NCBI GenBank assembly: GCA_963782055.1
Contig: CAWAIF010000003.1
Location: forward strand, 2,624,001 to 2,688,000
From: an uncultured delta proteobacterium
GTDB taxonomy: Bacteria; Myxococcota_A; Polyangia; Polyangiales; Polyangiaceae
DNA length: 64,000 nt
Reading direction: 5' to 3'
Positions 37,742 to 48,900 of this stretch are shown here, in pieces; positions within the stretch are counted from its first letter, which is position 1, and the number at the start of each line of letters is the position of its first letter. The translations under genes and the position numbers were made by a program. The notes under the pieces are model-generated. The model saw only the letters and a list, made by a program, of their open reading frames with translations. It ran no database searches and was not told the DNA's origin.

Positions 37742-39319
37742 TCAATCCGGACGCAGATAGATGCGCGGCTTCACCTCGCGGTAGTGGAACTCCTTGAGAA
37801 AGGGATCCCAGAGCGCGGCTCGGAACCGCCGCTTGCGCCCGTCGCCGGATGGGCTCGAGTCCAGAATGATCAACTTCGGCCGGCTGCGGAGCAGCTCGGC
37901 TCGAACGCCGCTGAGCTTCTGCTCGTCCGTCGCGCCGCTGTAGAAGCCGAGTACTTCGTCGTCCGTCGTCGACTCGCGCATGCCATTGATCCGGTCGACT
38001 TGCATGTACAAGCTCGGCCCTCCCGTGGTGACGATGTAGTCGCGTGGCGTGGTGTACCGCCTCACCGCCTCGAACACGCCGGGGATGGGCTCGTGCGCGT
38101 CGAAGTACTGCGTCTTCCGGGTGCCGTACGCGTCCCGCTCCTTGTCGAAGCGAACCCAGTCGTGCAGGAGTACGCCGCCGAGCATCGCCATGCAGACGAA
38201 CACGCGCGCCGCGCGGCTCATCGCGCGAAAGTGCGGCGTGAAGCAGTCGAGGCCCACGACGAGCGCGAAGAACAGGCCGCTCATCGTCATCGTGTAGTAG
38301 TGGCGCCACTGGCAATTGCTCGCGGTCACCGCCCACAGCGCCGCAGCCAGACCGATGAGCACCGTGACGAACAGCAGGCGGGAGCGCTTGAAGATGAAGA
38401 CGACGGAGGCCGCAGCGAACGGCGCCAGAAAGCCCAGGTTCGTCGAGTTCGCGAAGGACTCGCGCGCCTTTCGCCACTGCATGTGGAGGTCGTTCAGGGG
38501 CACCGTGGGGTGAAAGCGTCCGAGCACGACGCAATACGACTCCTTCGTGTCGCGGTAAAAGTGGAAGTATCGGTGCAATACGTCGAGGTACGCGCCCATG
38601 GCGCCGCTCGGGACCATGTAGATGCAGAGCAGGGCGACCACGACGAGTCCGCCGCCGATCGTCCGCGACGCGTAGCGGCGCGCGCGCGCGCCGAGCGTCC
38701 CAGGCTCGTCGCCCAGCAAGAAGAGGCTGATCCACGACATCCCCACGCAGGGCAAGAAGGGCTCCTTGGAGAGGATCGAGCAGGCGAAGAACGCACCGCC
38801 GAGGTACTGGAGCTGCCTGTAGAAGCGGGTGCGAGCAAGGAGACACGCGATGGCGAAGAGGTAGTACGTGAGCCCGATCGACTCCGTGTCCGACAGCGCC
38901 ACGTCGTGAAAACTCGGGTTCACCCAGATCTGGATGAAGGCGAGCGTGAGGGCGAGCGCGAGCCACCGGTCGATTCGACGCGACAGCATCGCCAGCTGCA
39001 GCGCGAGGAGCGAACCGAGCGGAAAGTACGCGAAGAACTTCCGGTATTCGAAGTGCTGAAAGCCGTAGAGCTTCAAGGCCAGCGCGTGCGTGATGAAGAT
39101 CATCGGCGGCTTGAACTCGAGGAAGTCGCGGTAGGGCGCGAAGCCCTTGGTGATCATCCAGCCGCACCAGACGAAGTAGCTCTCGTCGTATTCCAGCCCG
39201 TTGTGCAGGAACTGATCGTTGAAGATCGCGAAGAAGTACGCGGTGGCGCGCAGGGTGAGCAGGGTCAGAAAGATGGCGAGCAAGCGGCGCTGCCACGCAG
39301 CCAGGCGCGGGCGAGTCAC
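37742..39319 (-). CDS. GT-C fold (ArnT/PMT-like) membrane glycosyltransferase
   Basis: First TM followed by YDESYF and APYRDFLEFKPP; many TM helices; soluble C-terminal domain. Confidence 0.75.
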   Translation of the reverse strand: MTRPRLAAWQRRLLAIFLTLLTLRATAYFFAIFNDQFLHNGLEYDESYFVWCGWMITKGFAPYRDFLEFKPPMIFITHALALKLYGFQHFEYRKFFAYFPLGSLLALQLAMLSRRIDRWLALALTLAFIQIWVNPSFHDVALSDTESIGLTYYLFAIACLLARTRFYRQLQYLGGAFFACSILSKEPFLPCVGMSWISLFLLGDEPGTLGARARRYASRTIGGGLVVVALLCIYMVPSGAMGAYLDVLHRYFHFYRDTKESYCVVLGRFHPTVPLNDLHMQWRKARESFANSTNLGFLAPFAAASVVFIFKRSRLLFVTVLIGLAAALWAVTASNCQWRHYYTMTMSGLFFALVVGLDCFTPHFRAMSRAARVFVCMAMLGGVLLHDWVRFDKERDAYGTRKTQYFDAHEPIPGVFEAVRRYTTPRDYIVTTGGPSLYMQVDRINGMRESTTDDEVLGFYSGATDEQKLSGVRAELLRSRPKLIILDSSPSGDGRKRRFRAALWDPFLKEFHYREVKPRIYLRPD

Positions 39320-40302
39320 GGAAACACCTCGATCTCGCTGAGCGCGAGATAGTGGGTCGCGCGGACGCGGACGTACCGCGTGGTGCGCCGGTCGCACGGG
39401 ACACGGCAGGGAGGATCGATCCACCAGCTCCCGAAGTGCTTCTCGCAGCGACCGACCTCCCAGAACGTCTTGCCGTCCCACGAGAAGTCGACGGCGTAGG
39501 GCAGGCCGTCGTCGAACCCGCCGTCGTCACGGTTGTAAAGTCGCACTTCGCGAATGTCGTACTGGCGTCCAAGGTCGATGAGCGCCCAGGGCGTCGAGTC
39601 CCACCTCGTGTAGACGACGTCGGGCTTCGGCGAACCCGGCGGCGTGTCCGCGGACCGGACGCCGTCGACCAGCATCGACGGCGGCGCGCTCTGATCGGCG
39701 ATGCTGCTCATCCTGACGGGCTTGCCGCGCGCGAGGTTCTTTCGCGCAAACATGCGACTGCCGGCGGCGAACAGGCCGCAGGCGATGAGCGCTCCGACGA
39801 GCGCGATCCTGAGCCACCGCGAACGTACCACGCGCGCAGGAGTGCGACCGTCGAGGTGCGCGCGAAGCGCACGGGCGACATCCTCGAGGGCGCGCGCCGA
39901 CTCGACCAGCTCCGCGCCCGGCACCGTCTGCAGAGCGAGCGGTTCCCCGATCGCCAGCAATCGAAGGGCGGCGCTGCAGGTCGCAGCGGGGACGGCAATC
40001 TCCTCGCAGACGCGACGCAGCTCCTCCGCGGGAGGCTCTGCGCCGCGCCCCGGAGCGGCCGCCTCGAGCAGCAGCAAGGTGGTGTCACGCAACACGGTGG
40101 ACATGACCAGCGCGACCTCGGGCTCGGAGACGTCCCCGAGGAGATCGAGTCGCTCGTCCGCGAGCTGCAGGCGTTCCTCGACGCGACGCGCGTACTCGGG
40201 ATCGAGCTCGCGCGCTCGCGCTCGCCTCTCTGCATCCCTCTGGAAGAGCCACTCGGTCGCGACGACCTTCACGCGCTGCCACAGGTTCACGTCACGTCTC
40301 AC
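39316..40302 (-). CDS. Single-pass membrane protein with a C-terminal discoidin (F5/8 type C)-like domain
   Basis: NLARGKPVRMSS, PWALIDLG, VRLYNR, RYVRV, LALSEIEVF; start 40302 or 40290. Confidence 0.8.
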   Translation of the reverse strand: MRRDVNLWQRVKVVATEWLFQRDAERRARARELDPEYARRVEERLQLADERLDLLGDVSEPEVALVMSTVLRDTTLLLLEAAAPGRGAEPPAEELRRVCEEIAVPAATCSAALRLLAIGEPLALQTVPGAELVESARALEDVARALRAHLDGRTPARVVRSRWLRIALVGALIACGLFAAGSRMFARKNLARGKPVRMSSIADQSAPPSMLVDGVRSADTPPGSPKPDVVYTRWDSTPWALIDLGRQYDIREVRLYNRDDGGFDDGLPYAVDFSWDGKTFWEVGRCEKHFGSWWIDPPCRVPCDRRTTRYVRVRATHYLALSEIEVFP

Positions 40303-41182
40303 CGAGCATGAGCGTTGCTACCATCTTTTCGAACGTCAATGTCGGCGCCCAACCCGTCCGCGCGCGTAGCTTCGTGGCGTCACCCACGAGCGGCAGGGAC
40401 TTCGTCTTGACGAGGCTCGGATCCTCGACGACCCGCGCGCGCCAGTCGAGACCCACGCACGCGAAGGCATTGGCGACGAAGTCCTGCACGGTGTGGGGGG
40501 TTCCGGTGGCGACAATGTAATCGTCGGGAACTGGCTCTGCAAGAATGCGAACCATCGCGGCGACGTAGTCCGGCGCCCAGCCCCAGTCGACGACGGCCGA
40601 CAGGTCGCCGACCGTGAGCGTGAACTCGGGATCGTGCGCCGCCCGCTTCGCGCCGCGAACGATGCGCTGCGAGACGAACTGGGGGCCGCGGAGCCGCGAC
40701 TCGTGGTTGTAGAGGATACCCACGGAAACGTGCAGGCCGCGGTCGCGGTAGAGCGCGGCCACGTGCGCGCCGGCGAGCTTGGTGATCCCGTACGGGCTGC
40801 GAGGCTCGAACGGGGTCGTCTCGGACTGCGGCGTCTCCGACGGGCGGCCGAACATGTGGGACGAGCCGGCGTAGAACGCGCGGCAAGCGGGTGCGTGCTG
40901 GCGAAGCGCGTCGAGCACGTTCACCCACGAGGTCACGTGCGTGTCCGTGCACGCGCGCAGCTCGATCGCGTCGTCGGGTGCGCCCTCCGCCGAGTGGTGG
41001 TGGGCCGCGAGGTAGTAGAGCTCGTCCGGTGCGACGCGGTCGACCCACGAAGCCGCCGCGGCGGGGTCCCCGAGATCGACGTCGCCGACGTCCACGCCGA
41101 CGACCTCGGTATCCGCCGGGAGGTGCTCGACCAAGAGGCGCCCATCCTGGCCGGCGCAGCCGATCACGGCCGCGCGCTTCAT
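40292..41182 (-). CDS. GDP-mannose dehydratase-like SDR (possible GDP-4-keto-sugar reductase)
   Basis: GCAGQDG, GSSHMFG, SPYGITK, ILYNHES, DWGWAPDYV. Confidence 0.82.
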   Translation of the reverse strand: MKRAAVIGCAGQDGRLLVEHLPADTEVVGVDVGDVDLGDPAAAASWVDRVAPDELYYLAAHHHSAEGAPDDAIELRACTDTHVTSWVNVLDALRQHAPACRAFYAGSSHMFGRPSETPQSETTPFEPRSPYGITKLAGAHVAALYRDRGLHVSVGILYNHESRLRGPQFVSQRIVRGAKRAAHDPEFTLTVGDLSAVVDWGWAPDYVAAMVRILAEPVPDDYIVATGTPHTVQDFVANAFACVGLDWRARVVEDPSLVKTKSLPLVGDATKLRARTGWAPTLTFEKMVATLMLGET

Positions 41183-42420
41183 GCCGGGACGATCTCGAGA
41201 CGGGGCAAGGGGAAGATCATCTTACCGCCTCGCTCGAGGAAGCTCGCGTGGGCGCGGAGCAGGGTGCTGCGGAAGTGCCAGGGGAGCACCAGGAGATAGT
41301 CGGGCTCGCGCGCGAGCGCGTCAGCCTCGGAGACGATCGGGATGTTGGTGCCGGGTGTCACGCGGCCGAACTTCTCCGGGTTCACCTCGGCGATGCACGC
41401 GAGGTCGCGCACGCCGACGCCGCAGTACTGCAGCAAGACGTTGCCCTTCGTCGAGGCACCGAGGCCGAGCACTCGCTTGCCCTCGTCACGGAGGCGGCCC
41501 AGGAGCGCGCGGACGTCGTCCCGATGGCGTATGACGGCGGCGGCGAAGCTCTCGTACGGGGCGAGGGTGCCCAGCGCTCGCCTCGTCTCCTCGGCGGCGA
41601 GCTCGGCGACCCGAGGGGACGCCGGTGCGCCGCGGCCCTTTCGCGCCGTGATGGCGAACGAGCCGCCGTTGACGTCGTTGAGCTCGACATCGACGATGCG
41701 AAAACCGACACGCTCGGCCATCCACTGGATCTGCGCGAGCGCGTAGTACTCGAGGTGCTCGTGACAGATCGTGTCGTACGACAGCGCGTCCATCATGGAC
41801 GGGAGGTAACTCTGCTCGAAGTGCCAGATGCCGTCGTCGGCGAGCGCGTCGAACACCTGGCGCATGAAGTCCAGTGGCCGCTCGAGGTCGTAGAACATCG
41901 CGATCGACGTGATGATCTTCGCGCGCGCCCCGCCGCTCGCCTCGAGGAAGCGCGCCGACGAGAAGAAGTCGGCCACGACCGTCACGTGCTGCGGGTAATA
42001 CTCGAGGAACTTCGCCGCGGTAGGGTCGATCCCGATGAGCTTCGCGGTGGTCGGATAAGACGAGAGCGTCGTGCCGTCGTTGCTTCCGATGTCGAGCACC
42101 ACCTCGCCCGGCGCGAGGGACGCCAGCGCGACGAGCTTCGCGACCTTGGCGCGCAGGTGGTCGACCATCGAGCGATTGAGGCCCGAGCGGTATCCGTAGT
42201 TCGCCCCGTACATGAGCGACGGCTCGCAGGTGTCTCGGAGCTGAACCAGGCCACAGGCGTTTTGGCCTGCGCACTTCACCAGATCGAGCGGCGCGATCTC
42301 GACGTCGGGGGCCTGTGGGGTGGGGAAGACGCCGGTGAGCGCCTGCTGCCCCAGGTCGAGCACGGTGACGAGGTCAGCCCCGCCGCAGATGCGGCATTCG
42401 GTGATCGTGCGATGGCTCAT
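41179..42420 (-). CDS. NDP-hexose C-methyltransferase (Zn-binding N-terminus, TcaB9-like)
   Basis: CRICG...C...[32 protein letters not shown]. Confidence 0.88.
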   Translation of the reverse strand: MSHRTITECRICGGADLVTVLDLGQQALTGVFPTPQAPDVEIAPLDLVKCAGQNACGLVQLRDTCEPSLMYGANYGYRSGLNRSMVDHLRAKVAKLVALASLAPGEVVLDIGSNDGTTLSSYPTTAKLIGIDPTAAKFLEYYPQHVTVVADFFSSARFLEASGGARAKIITSIAMFYDLERPLDFMRQVFDALADDGIWHFEQSYLPSMMDALSYDTICHEHLEYYALAQIQWMAERVGFRIVDVELNDVNGGSFAITARKGRGAPASPRVAELAAEETRRALGTLAPYESFAAAVIRHRDDVRALLGRLRDEGKRVLGLGASTKGNVLLQYCGVGVRDLACIAEVNPEKFGRVTPGTNIPIVSEADALAREPDYLLVLPWHFRSTLLRAHASFLERGGKMIFPLPRLEIVPA

Positions 42421-43409
42421 GCGGGGCGCTGGCGGGAGAGGGCATCCATGTCGGCGTCGACCATGAGCCTCGCGAGCTCCTCGAACCTCACCGTCGGTTT
42501 CCACCCGAAGGCCGCGTGGGCCTTGCGGGCGTCGCCGAGGAGCAGGTCGACCTCGGTCGGCCGGAAGTAGCTCGGGTCGATCACGACGTGCTTCTTGTAG
42601 TCCAGGCCGGCGTGCGCGAACGCGACCTCGCAGAACTCGCGGACGGTGTGGGTCTCGCCGGTGGCGATGACGTAGTCGTCCGCCTTGTCGCACTGCAACA
42701 TCTGCCACATCGCGACGACGTAGTCCTTCGCGTAGCCCCAGTCGCGCTTTGCGTCGAGGTTGCCCAGCGCGATCTCCTTCTGCAGCCCCAGCTTGATCGC
42801 GGCGATCCCCCGCGTGATCTTGCGCGTGACGAAGCTCTCGCCCCGGCGCGGAGACTCGTGGTTGAAGAGAATGCCGTTACAGACGAACATCCCGTACGCT
42901 TCTCGGTAGTTCACGGCGATCGTGTGCGCATAGACCTTCGCCGCCGCGTAAGGCGACCGCGGGTGGAAGGGCGTCGTCTCCGACTGGGGCGATACTGCGG
43001 CGGAGCCGAACATCTCCGACGAGCCTGCCTGATAGAAGCGCGTCACCAGGTCCGTCTCGCGGATACCCTCGAGCAGACGCAGCGCGCCCAGCCCGGCCGT
43101 CTCGGCGGTGTACTCGGGGATCTCGAAGCTCACCTTGACGTGGCTCTGCGCGCCGAGGTTGTAGATCTCGTCGGGCCTGACCGCCCGGAGCGTCCGGTTG
43201 ACCGAGGACGCGTCGGTGAGATCGCCGTAGTGCAGGTGGCGGCGCTGGGAGGAACCGCCGGCGTTGAAGATGTGATCGATGCGGCTTCGGTTCAACGAGC
43301 TCGAGCGACGTACGAGGCCGTGGACTTCGTAGCCCTTTTCGAGGAGCAGCTCGGCGAGGTATGAGCCGTCTTGACCGGTGATGCCGGTGATCAGCGCGCG
43401 CTTCGACAT
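42417..43409 (-). CDS. gmd: GDP-mannose 4,6-dehydratase
   Basis: [47 protein letters not shown]. Confidence 0.96.
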   Translation of the reverse strand: MSKRALITGITGQDGSYLAELLLEKGYEVHGLVRRSSSLNRSRIDHIFNAGGSSQRRHLHYGDLTDASSVNRTLRAVRPDEIYNLGAQSHVKVSFEIPEYTAETAGLGALRLLEGIRETDLVTRFYQAGSSEMFGSAAVSPQSETTPFHPRSPYAAAKVYAHTIAVNYREAYGMFVCNGILFNHESPRRGESFVTRKITRGIAAIKLGLQKEIALGNLDAKRDWGYAKDYVVAMWQMLQCDKADDYVIATGETHTVREFCEVAFAHAGLDYKKHVVIDPSYFRPTEVDLLLGDARKAHAAFGWKPTVRFEELARLMVDADMDALSRQRPA

Positions 43410-43552
43410 GACTTGGGTGCCAGGAGCCCGTGGCTCGCGGGGATTCCAGACGACGTCGCGCGAGAGGTGAGGCGCGCCCCGGCGCGCACGTCCATCTCGG
43501 TGTCGGTCGTCGGCTCGAAGGACATGTCGCCCCAGCTCCTGAAGGTCGCCAT
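43391..43552 (-). other. Small ORF (53 aa) with a strong RBS; possible gene remnant or leader ORF of the gmd operon
   Basis: CAGGAGGG-ccaccg-ATG; reads [14 protein letters not shown]...; stop lies just inside gmd. Confidence 0.3.
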
Positions 43553-43698
43553 CGGTGGCCCTCCTGAGAATCCGCTCCTTCTAGCACGTTTCTCGGTCGC
43601 GCGAGTACCACGGCGATGACCGTCACGAGGCCCCCTCGGTCGTCGACCTGCAGAGCCGCGCCGACGGCGAGTGAGGTCGGCGGGGTCGCGGTGGAAGG

Positions 43699-44283
43699 TC
43701 AGCGCGGGTCGCGCCACATGAGCCACACCGGCGGCGCGTCCTCGGCCATGCGAAACTCCTCGGTCAGGGCGAAGCCGTGGCGCTCGTAGAGGCGCGCGTT
43801 CGTCTCGGTCGAGGCCTCCAGGTAAGCGGCTGCGCCGTCGGCGTCGCAGCAATCCAGCACGCCGCGGAGCAGCGCCGAGCCGATGCCGCGACCTTGCTTC
43901 TCGGGATCCACGCCTATCGCGAAGAGGTACCAGTGCGCCCGGGAGGGGTGCCTCTCCTGGACGCGCTGCCCGGCGCGCGCCCGGGCGAGCGCGCGCGTCG
44001 CCCCGACGGCGCCGAGCAGCGCCGGACCCATCGCGAGCATGCGCATCGCGCCGGTGTTCCACTTGCCCGGCGGCGTCCAGAGCGCGACGCCGTCCTCGCC
44101 GGCGAGCCACGCCTCGCGGTGCGGAAGGACCGCGTGCCGGAAGAAGGTGCCGAACGCCTGCCCCAGGCGGTCGTGGCGGAGCATGTAGTTGGCGACCGGG
44201 TCGCGATCGAAGGCGCGGGCGAGCACGCGCACGACCGTGGCGTGGTCATGCGCCTCGGCGCGTCGGAGGGGAGGGGGCGTCAT
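43699..44283 (-). CDS. GNAT N-acetyltransferase
   Basis: HWYLFAIGVDPEKQGRGIGSALL, YLEAS, NARLYERHGF. Confidence 0.92.
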   Translation of the reverse strand: MTPPPLRRAEAHDHATVVRVLARAFDRDPVANYMLRHDRLGQAFGTFFRHAVLPHREAWLAGEDGVALWTPPGKWNTGAMRMLAMGPALLGAVGATRALARARAGQRVQERHPSRAHWYLFAIGVDPEKQGRGIGSALLRGVLDCCDADGAAAYLEASTETNARLYERHGFALTEEFRMAEDAPPVWLMWRDPR

Positions 44284-44306
44284 GCGGTCATCCTGGGTCA
44301 CGGAGG

Positions 44307-45203
44307 TCACAGCTCCTCGACGGTGAAGGCGATCACCTCGCCGATGTTCCTGGTCCCCGCGACCAGGGCGCACAGCCGGTCCACGCCGAGCGCGTTGCCG
44401 CCGCTCGGGGGCATGCGCCCCACCGCCGCCAGCAGCTTCTCGTCCACCGGATACACCGGCAGGCCGCGCTCCTTCCGCGCCGCCTGGTCGCGCTCGAAGC
44501 GCGCGCGCTGCTCCACCGCGTCGGTCAGCTCGCCGAAGCCGTTGCACAGCTCGAGACCCGCGACGTACAGCTCGAAGCGCTCGGCCACGCGTGGGTCGTC
44601 CGGTTTGTTGCGCGCGAGCGACGCCATCGGCGCCGGGTACTCCGTCAAAAACACCGCGTGCGGCAGCGCGGTGAGCGCCGGCTCCACCTTCTCCACCAGC
44701 AGCCGGAAGAAGCGGTCCTCGTCGCGCTCCGCCATCGCGAGCGTCTCCTCGGCGCTCACCCCGGCGAAGCGCTCGAACGCCTCGCGGACGGTCAGCCGCG
44801 CGAAGGGCGGCCGCGCGTCCACCTCGACGCCCTCGATCACGAACCGCCCGCCCGAGACCGCGGCGACGAGCTGCTCGGTGTCGCGCATCACGTCCGCTAC
44901 CCCCGCGTTCCCGCGATACCACTCCAGCATGGTGAACTCGGGGTTGTGCTGCGCGCCGAGCTCGCCGCGCCGGAAGCACCGGCACACCTGGTAGATGCGC
45001 TCGTGCCCGCCCGCGAGCAGCCGCTTCATCTGGTACTCGGGCGAGGTGATGAGCCACCCGTCCCCGGCGGCGAAGGCGTCCAGGTGCAGGTCCATCCCCG
45101 GCGAGGGCACGATCGCCGGCGTCTCGACCTCCAGAAAGCCGCGCGCCTCGAAGAAGCGACGGATGGCGCGCAGCACGCCGGCGCGCAGCGCGAGCTGCTT
45201 CAT
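44307..45203 (-). CDS. epmA: EF-P lysine aminoacylase (GenX/PoxA)
   Basis: LITSPEYQMKRLL, HNPEFTMLEWYR, ERFELY, ELCNGFGELTD; LysRS catalytic domain without an anticodon-binding domain. Confidence 0.93.
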   Translation of the reverse strand: MKQLALRAGVLRAIRRFFEARGFLEVETPAIVPSPGMDLHLDAFAAGDGWLITSPEYQMKRLLAGGHERIYQVCRCFRRGELGAQHNPEFTMLEWYRGNAGVADVMRDTEQLVAAVSGGRFVIEGVEVDARPPFARLTVREAFERFAGVSAEETLAMAERDEDRFFRLLVEKVEPALTALPHAVFLTEYPAPMASLARNKPDDPRVAERFELYVAGLELCNGFGELTDAVEQRARFERDQAARKERGLPVYPVDEKLLAAVGRMPPSGGNALGVDRLCALVAGTRNIGEVIAFTVEEL

Positions 45204-45901
45204 CGCGGGGAGAGGCCGCCGAGCAGCAGGTCGGCGACCTGGCCCGCCGCGCGCGAGAGGCCGCCCTTCTCGGCCTTGCCGAGCGCCCAGGTGAGCGCGA
45301 TGCCGTCCAGCGCCCCGAACAGGACGCGCGCCACCAGGTGCGGCGACGCGTCCTTCCGGAACTCCCCGGCGGCCTGCCCCGCCTCCACGACCTTCGCGAT
45401 GACGTCCAGGTACGACTGGAACTTGGGCGCCGCGTACTCCTTCAGCAGCTGCGTCGACTGCCGCAGGATCACCGTCATCACCTCCGCGAGCTCGCGCTCG
45501 CCCTCCAGCAGGCCGAGCTGCAGCTCGACGACGCGCCGCAGGCGTGCGCGGGCGTCGGGCAGCTTGGGCAGCTCCTCGCGCGTGTAGGAGAGCAGGCGCT
45601 CCACCCGGTCCTCGAAGAGGGAGACGAGGAGGTCCTCCTTCGATGCAAAGTACAAGTAGATCGTGCCGTCGGCGACGCCGGCCGCGCGCGCCACGTCGGA
45701 CACGCGGGTCGCGTAGAAGCCGTTCTTGGCGAACACCTTCACGGCCGCGCCCAGGATGCGCTCGCGCTTGTCGCCGCGGGCCGCCGGGGCGCGCGCGGGC
45801 CCCCCGCGATCGGTCGGCGCCGGCCGGGCCGAGCGGCCACTCCGCGGCGCAGAAGCGCGGGATTTCCGCCTCGGTTTCGGACTGAGTGAGGATTCACTCA
45901 T
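45200..45901 (-). CDS. TetR-family regulator (fatty-acid metabolism FadR/YsiA-like)
   Basis: VSDVARAAGVADGTIYLYFASKEDLLVSLFE. Confidence 0.9.
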   Translation of the reverse strand: MSESSLSPKPRRKSRASAPRSGRSARPAPTDRGGPARAPAARGDKRERILGAAVKVFAKNGFYATRVSDVARAAGVADGTIYLYFASKEDLLVSLFEDRVERLLSYTREELPKLPDARARLRRVVELQLGLLEGERELAEVMTVILRQSTQLLKEYAAPKFQSYLDVIAKVVEAGQAAGEFRKDASPHLVARVLFGALDGIALTWALGKAEKGGLSRAAGQVADLLLGGLSPR

Positions 45902-45952
45902 TACGGCAGCCAGTAGCAAAGGGTGCCGGGGGAGACAAGGGGCGCCCCCGGG

Positions 45953-48900
45953 TCAGCGCAGGCGCGCGACCTTCCCCGCCGCCCCCCACCGCGCGTACGC
46001 CTCCCGCGCGGCGTCTCGCTCCGACCGCTTCGCGGCCCCGGCCGGGTGACACTCCGCGGCGAGCTCGTGCGCCAGCGCGATGTCGCTGATCCAGTCGGCC
46101 TCGCCCGCCAGCGTCACCGCCTCCGCGAAGTGCGCCAGCGCGCCCTCCCGGTCGCCCTCGATGCGGCGGAGCGCGCCCCGGACCAGACTCACGCGGTGCG
46201 CGAAGTTCACCGGCGCGTGGGCCGAGAGGTCGCGCAGCGCCTTCAGGCTCGCCTCCAGCCTGGGCCGCAGGGCCTGGCGCTCCGCCTCGCTCAGCTCGTC
46301 CCAGGCGCCGCTCGCGGCGAGCACCGCGAACTGGTGCATGATCGGCACGTGCCAGACCGAGGGCGCGGCGTCGAGGTAGTCGCGCGCGGTCTCGAAGCAC
46401 GCGGAGGCCTCCCGCGCGCGGCCGAAGTGATACCGCGCCAGGCCCATCACCACACGCAGCACGTAGATGCCGCTGCGCGAGCCCTCCTGCTCCGCCTGCG
46501 CCAGCAGGCTCGCCTCGTCGAAGCCGGCGTCGTCGAGGCGCGACGGGTCGGCCATCTGCCCGGTGAGGCACCGCAGCAGCTGCTCGAAGGGCGCGTGGAC
46601 GTGCAAGGCGTTGACCTGCCCGAGCGCGCGCATCTGCTCGCCGAGCTGCGTCGCCTCGGCGAGGAGCGGTGCGAGCGGGCGTCCGGCGTACATCGCGTTG
46701 TGGACGTAGCCGTGCGCCGCGTACGAGGCGTACTCCAGGTCCCCCGTGCGACGGCCGATGTCGAACACCTCCCGGAGCGGCGCGAGGATCGTGTGCAGCG
46801 GGACCATCCACGGGCACACCAGGTTGTAGACCACGTGGCGCGTGGCGGCCTCCAGGCTGCGATCCTCCCAGCGGTCGACGAGCTTGACGGCGAGCTGACC
46901 CCACTCGTGGCTGACCGGGTACATCCCCAGGGTGTTGAGCACGATCCCCAGCAGCGCGATGGCGTACGGGGTCGCCGGGGCCAGCCCGCGCTCCACCGAG
47001 GTGGTCACCAGGTTGGCCGCGAGGACGGGCAGCAGCATCGGCCTGCCGAAGTAGGCGGCGGGGCTGACGCGCACCTGCACGCGCATCGCGGCGACGACCT
47101 GGGGGTCGTCGACGTCGGGCATCGCGGCGAGGCCGGCGGGGCCCACTCGCGTCAGGCTCTTTAGCGCGGCGGTGAAGGCGGCACCGACCTCCGCCTCGCC
47201 CGGGTCCTTCGGCAGTCGCACGCCGAGCAGCTCCAGCACCTCGCTCGCCGTGTTCACCGCCGACGCGTAGTCGTGGCGGCCGATGAAGGCGTCGATCTCC
47301 ACCTCCCACGCCACGAGCTGGTCCATCACCGTGCGGCCGTGCGCCTTGACCTCGGCGATGTGCGGCGCGAGCGCGTCCCACTCCGCGCAGAGGTACGCCG
47401 TCTCCGCCGCGCCTGCGTGGAGGCCGAGGGCCAGGGCGTACTCGTCGCGCCACGCGTTCTGCGGGTCGGGCAAGAGCGCGATGCCCCGCTCGAAGCACGT
47501 GAAGGCGAGCGGGAACGCCGCCCCCCCCCGCGCGGCTCCGCCGGCCTGCAGGTGGAGCTTCGCCGCCGCGAGGCGCTCCGCCGGGTCGGTGATCAGGGAG
47601 GCGGCCGCGCCCAGGTGGCGGACCGTGTCGAACACCCAGGCGCCCGCCGGCTCGCCGTCCGATGCGGCGTGGCGCGCGGTGAGCGCACGCGCGAGGGCGA
47701 GGTGATGCGCGCGGCGCGCGCCCGTGTCCAGCGACGCGAGGACCGACTCGCGGATGCGGTCGTGGTAGGTGGCGACGCGATCGTCGGCGCCCGGACCCGT
47801 CGAGCCCAGCAAGGACGCGCTCCGCAGGGAGAGCAGCGCGGGGAGCGCCTCGGGATCCAGGCCCGCGGCGGCGAAGGCGACCGACTGGGCCACCGGGCTG
47901 TCGGCGACGGCCACGACCTCCAGCAGCGCGCGCTGATCGCGGGGCAGCGCCCGCAGGCGCGTGGCGATCGCGCCCTCGAGCGACATCTCGGCGCTCCGGG
48001 GCGTGTCGTGCGTCGCGAACCGGGCGAGCTCCTCGATGAAGAAGGGGACGCCCGCGGCCTCCTCGGCGAGGTCGCGCACGCGCGAGGGGCTCGCCGCCTC
48101 CCCGAGCGCCGCCAGCGTGGCGCGCGCCAGCGCCTCGGCGTCTTCGTGCGGGAGCGCCAGCGCGGGGAGGTCGACGAGCGCGCCGTGCGCGTCCAGCTCA
48201 CGCGCGAACGCCAGGTAGCCCGCCAGCGCGTCGTTGCGCAGCGCCTCCTCCGGCCGGAAGCTCGCCACGAGCAGGAGCGGCATCTCGCGCGGCTCCCGCA
48301 CCAGCGACTCCAGCAGTCCCGCGCTGTCTGCGTCCGCCCACTGCAGATCGTCGATCGCCAGCACGATGCTTCGACGCCGCACGCGGGCGAGCGACTCCAG
48401 CAGCTCGCGCAGCGCCGTCCACGCGCGCCGCCGCAGCTTCATCGCGTCGCGCGCGGGGGCGTGGGCCGCGCGCGCGGCGATCGCCGGGACGACCGAGAGG
48501 GCAGGGAAGACGTTCATCAGCTCGCCGGTCCACGCCGGGAGCAGCGCGTCCACGTCCAGCCGCGCGGCGCCCTCGCTGCGCTGCGCCTCCAGCAGCCTCT
48601 CGGCGAGCTGATCGACGATGCCGTCGAAGGCCTTGTACGGCACGCTCTCGCGCTCGTAGCACCGGCCGGAGAAGACCTCCGCCTGGTGCATGTCGCGTAC
48701 GCCACCGACGAAGCTCCGCACCACCGCCGACTTCCCGATGCCCGACGCGCCGCGCACGTGCGCCACCGTCAGGCGTCCCTCCCGCGTCCGCTCGAAGGCG
48801 CGCGCCAGCGTCGCGAGCTCCTGAGTGCGGCCGACGAAGACCGACCGCGGCGCGCGGCCCGTCGCGCCCAGCCCGCCGCCCGCGCCCTTGGTCAGGATCG

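Noticed and set aside
43642..43653. GTCGACCTGCAG (SalI-PstI, polylinker-like)
   Set aside because: Only 12 nt, the flanks do not continue a vector polylinker, and such a match is expected by chance in GC-rich DNA
44307..45203. Truncated lysyl-tRNA synthetase pseudogene
   Set aside because: Length and the SPEYxMKRLL and HNPEFTMLEWYR motifs fit intact EpmA
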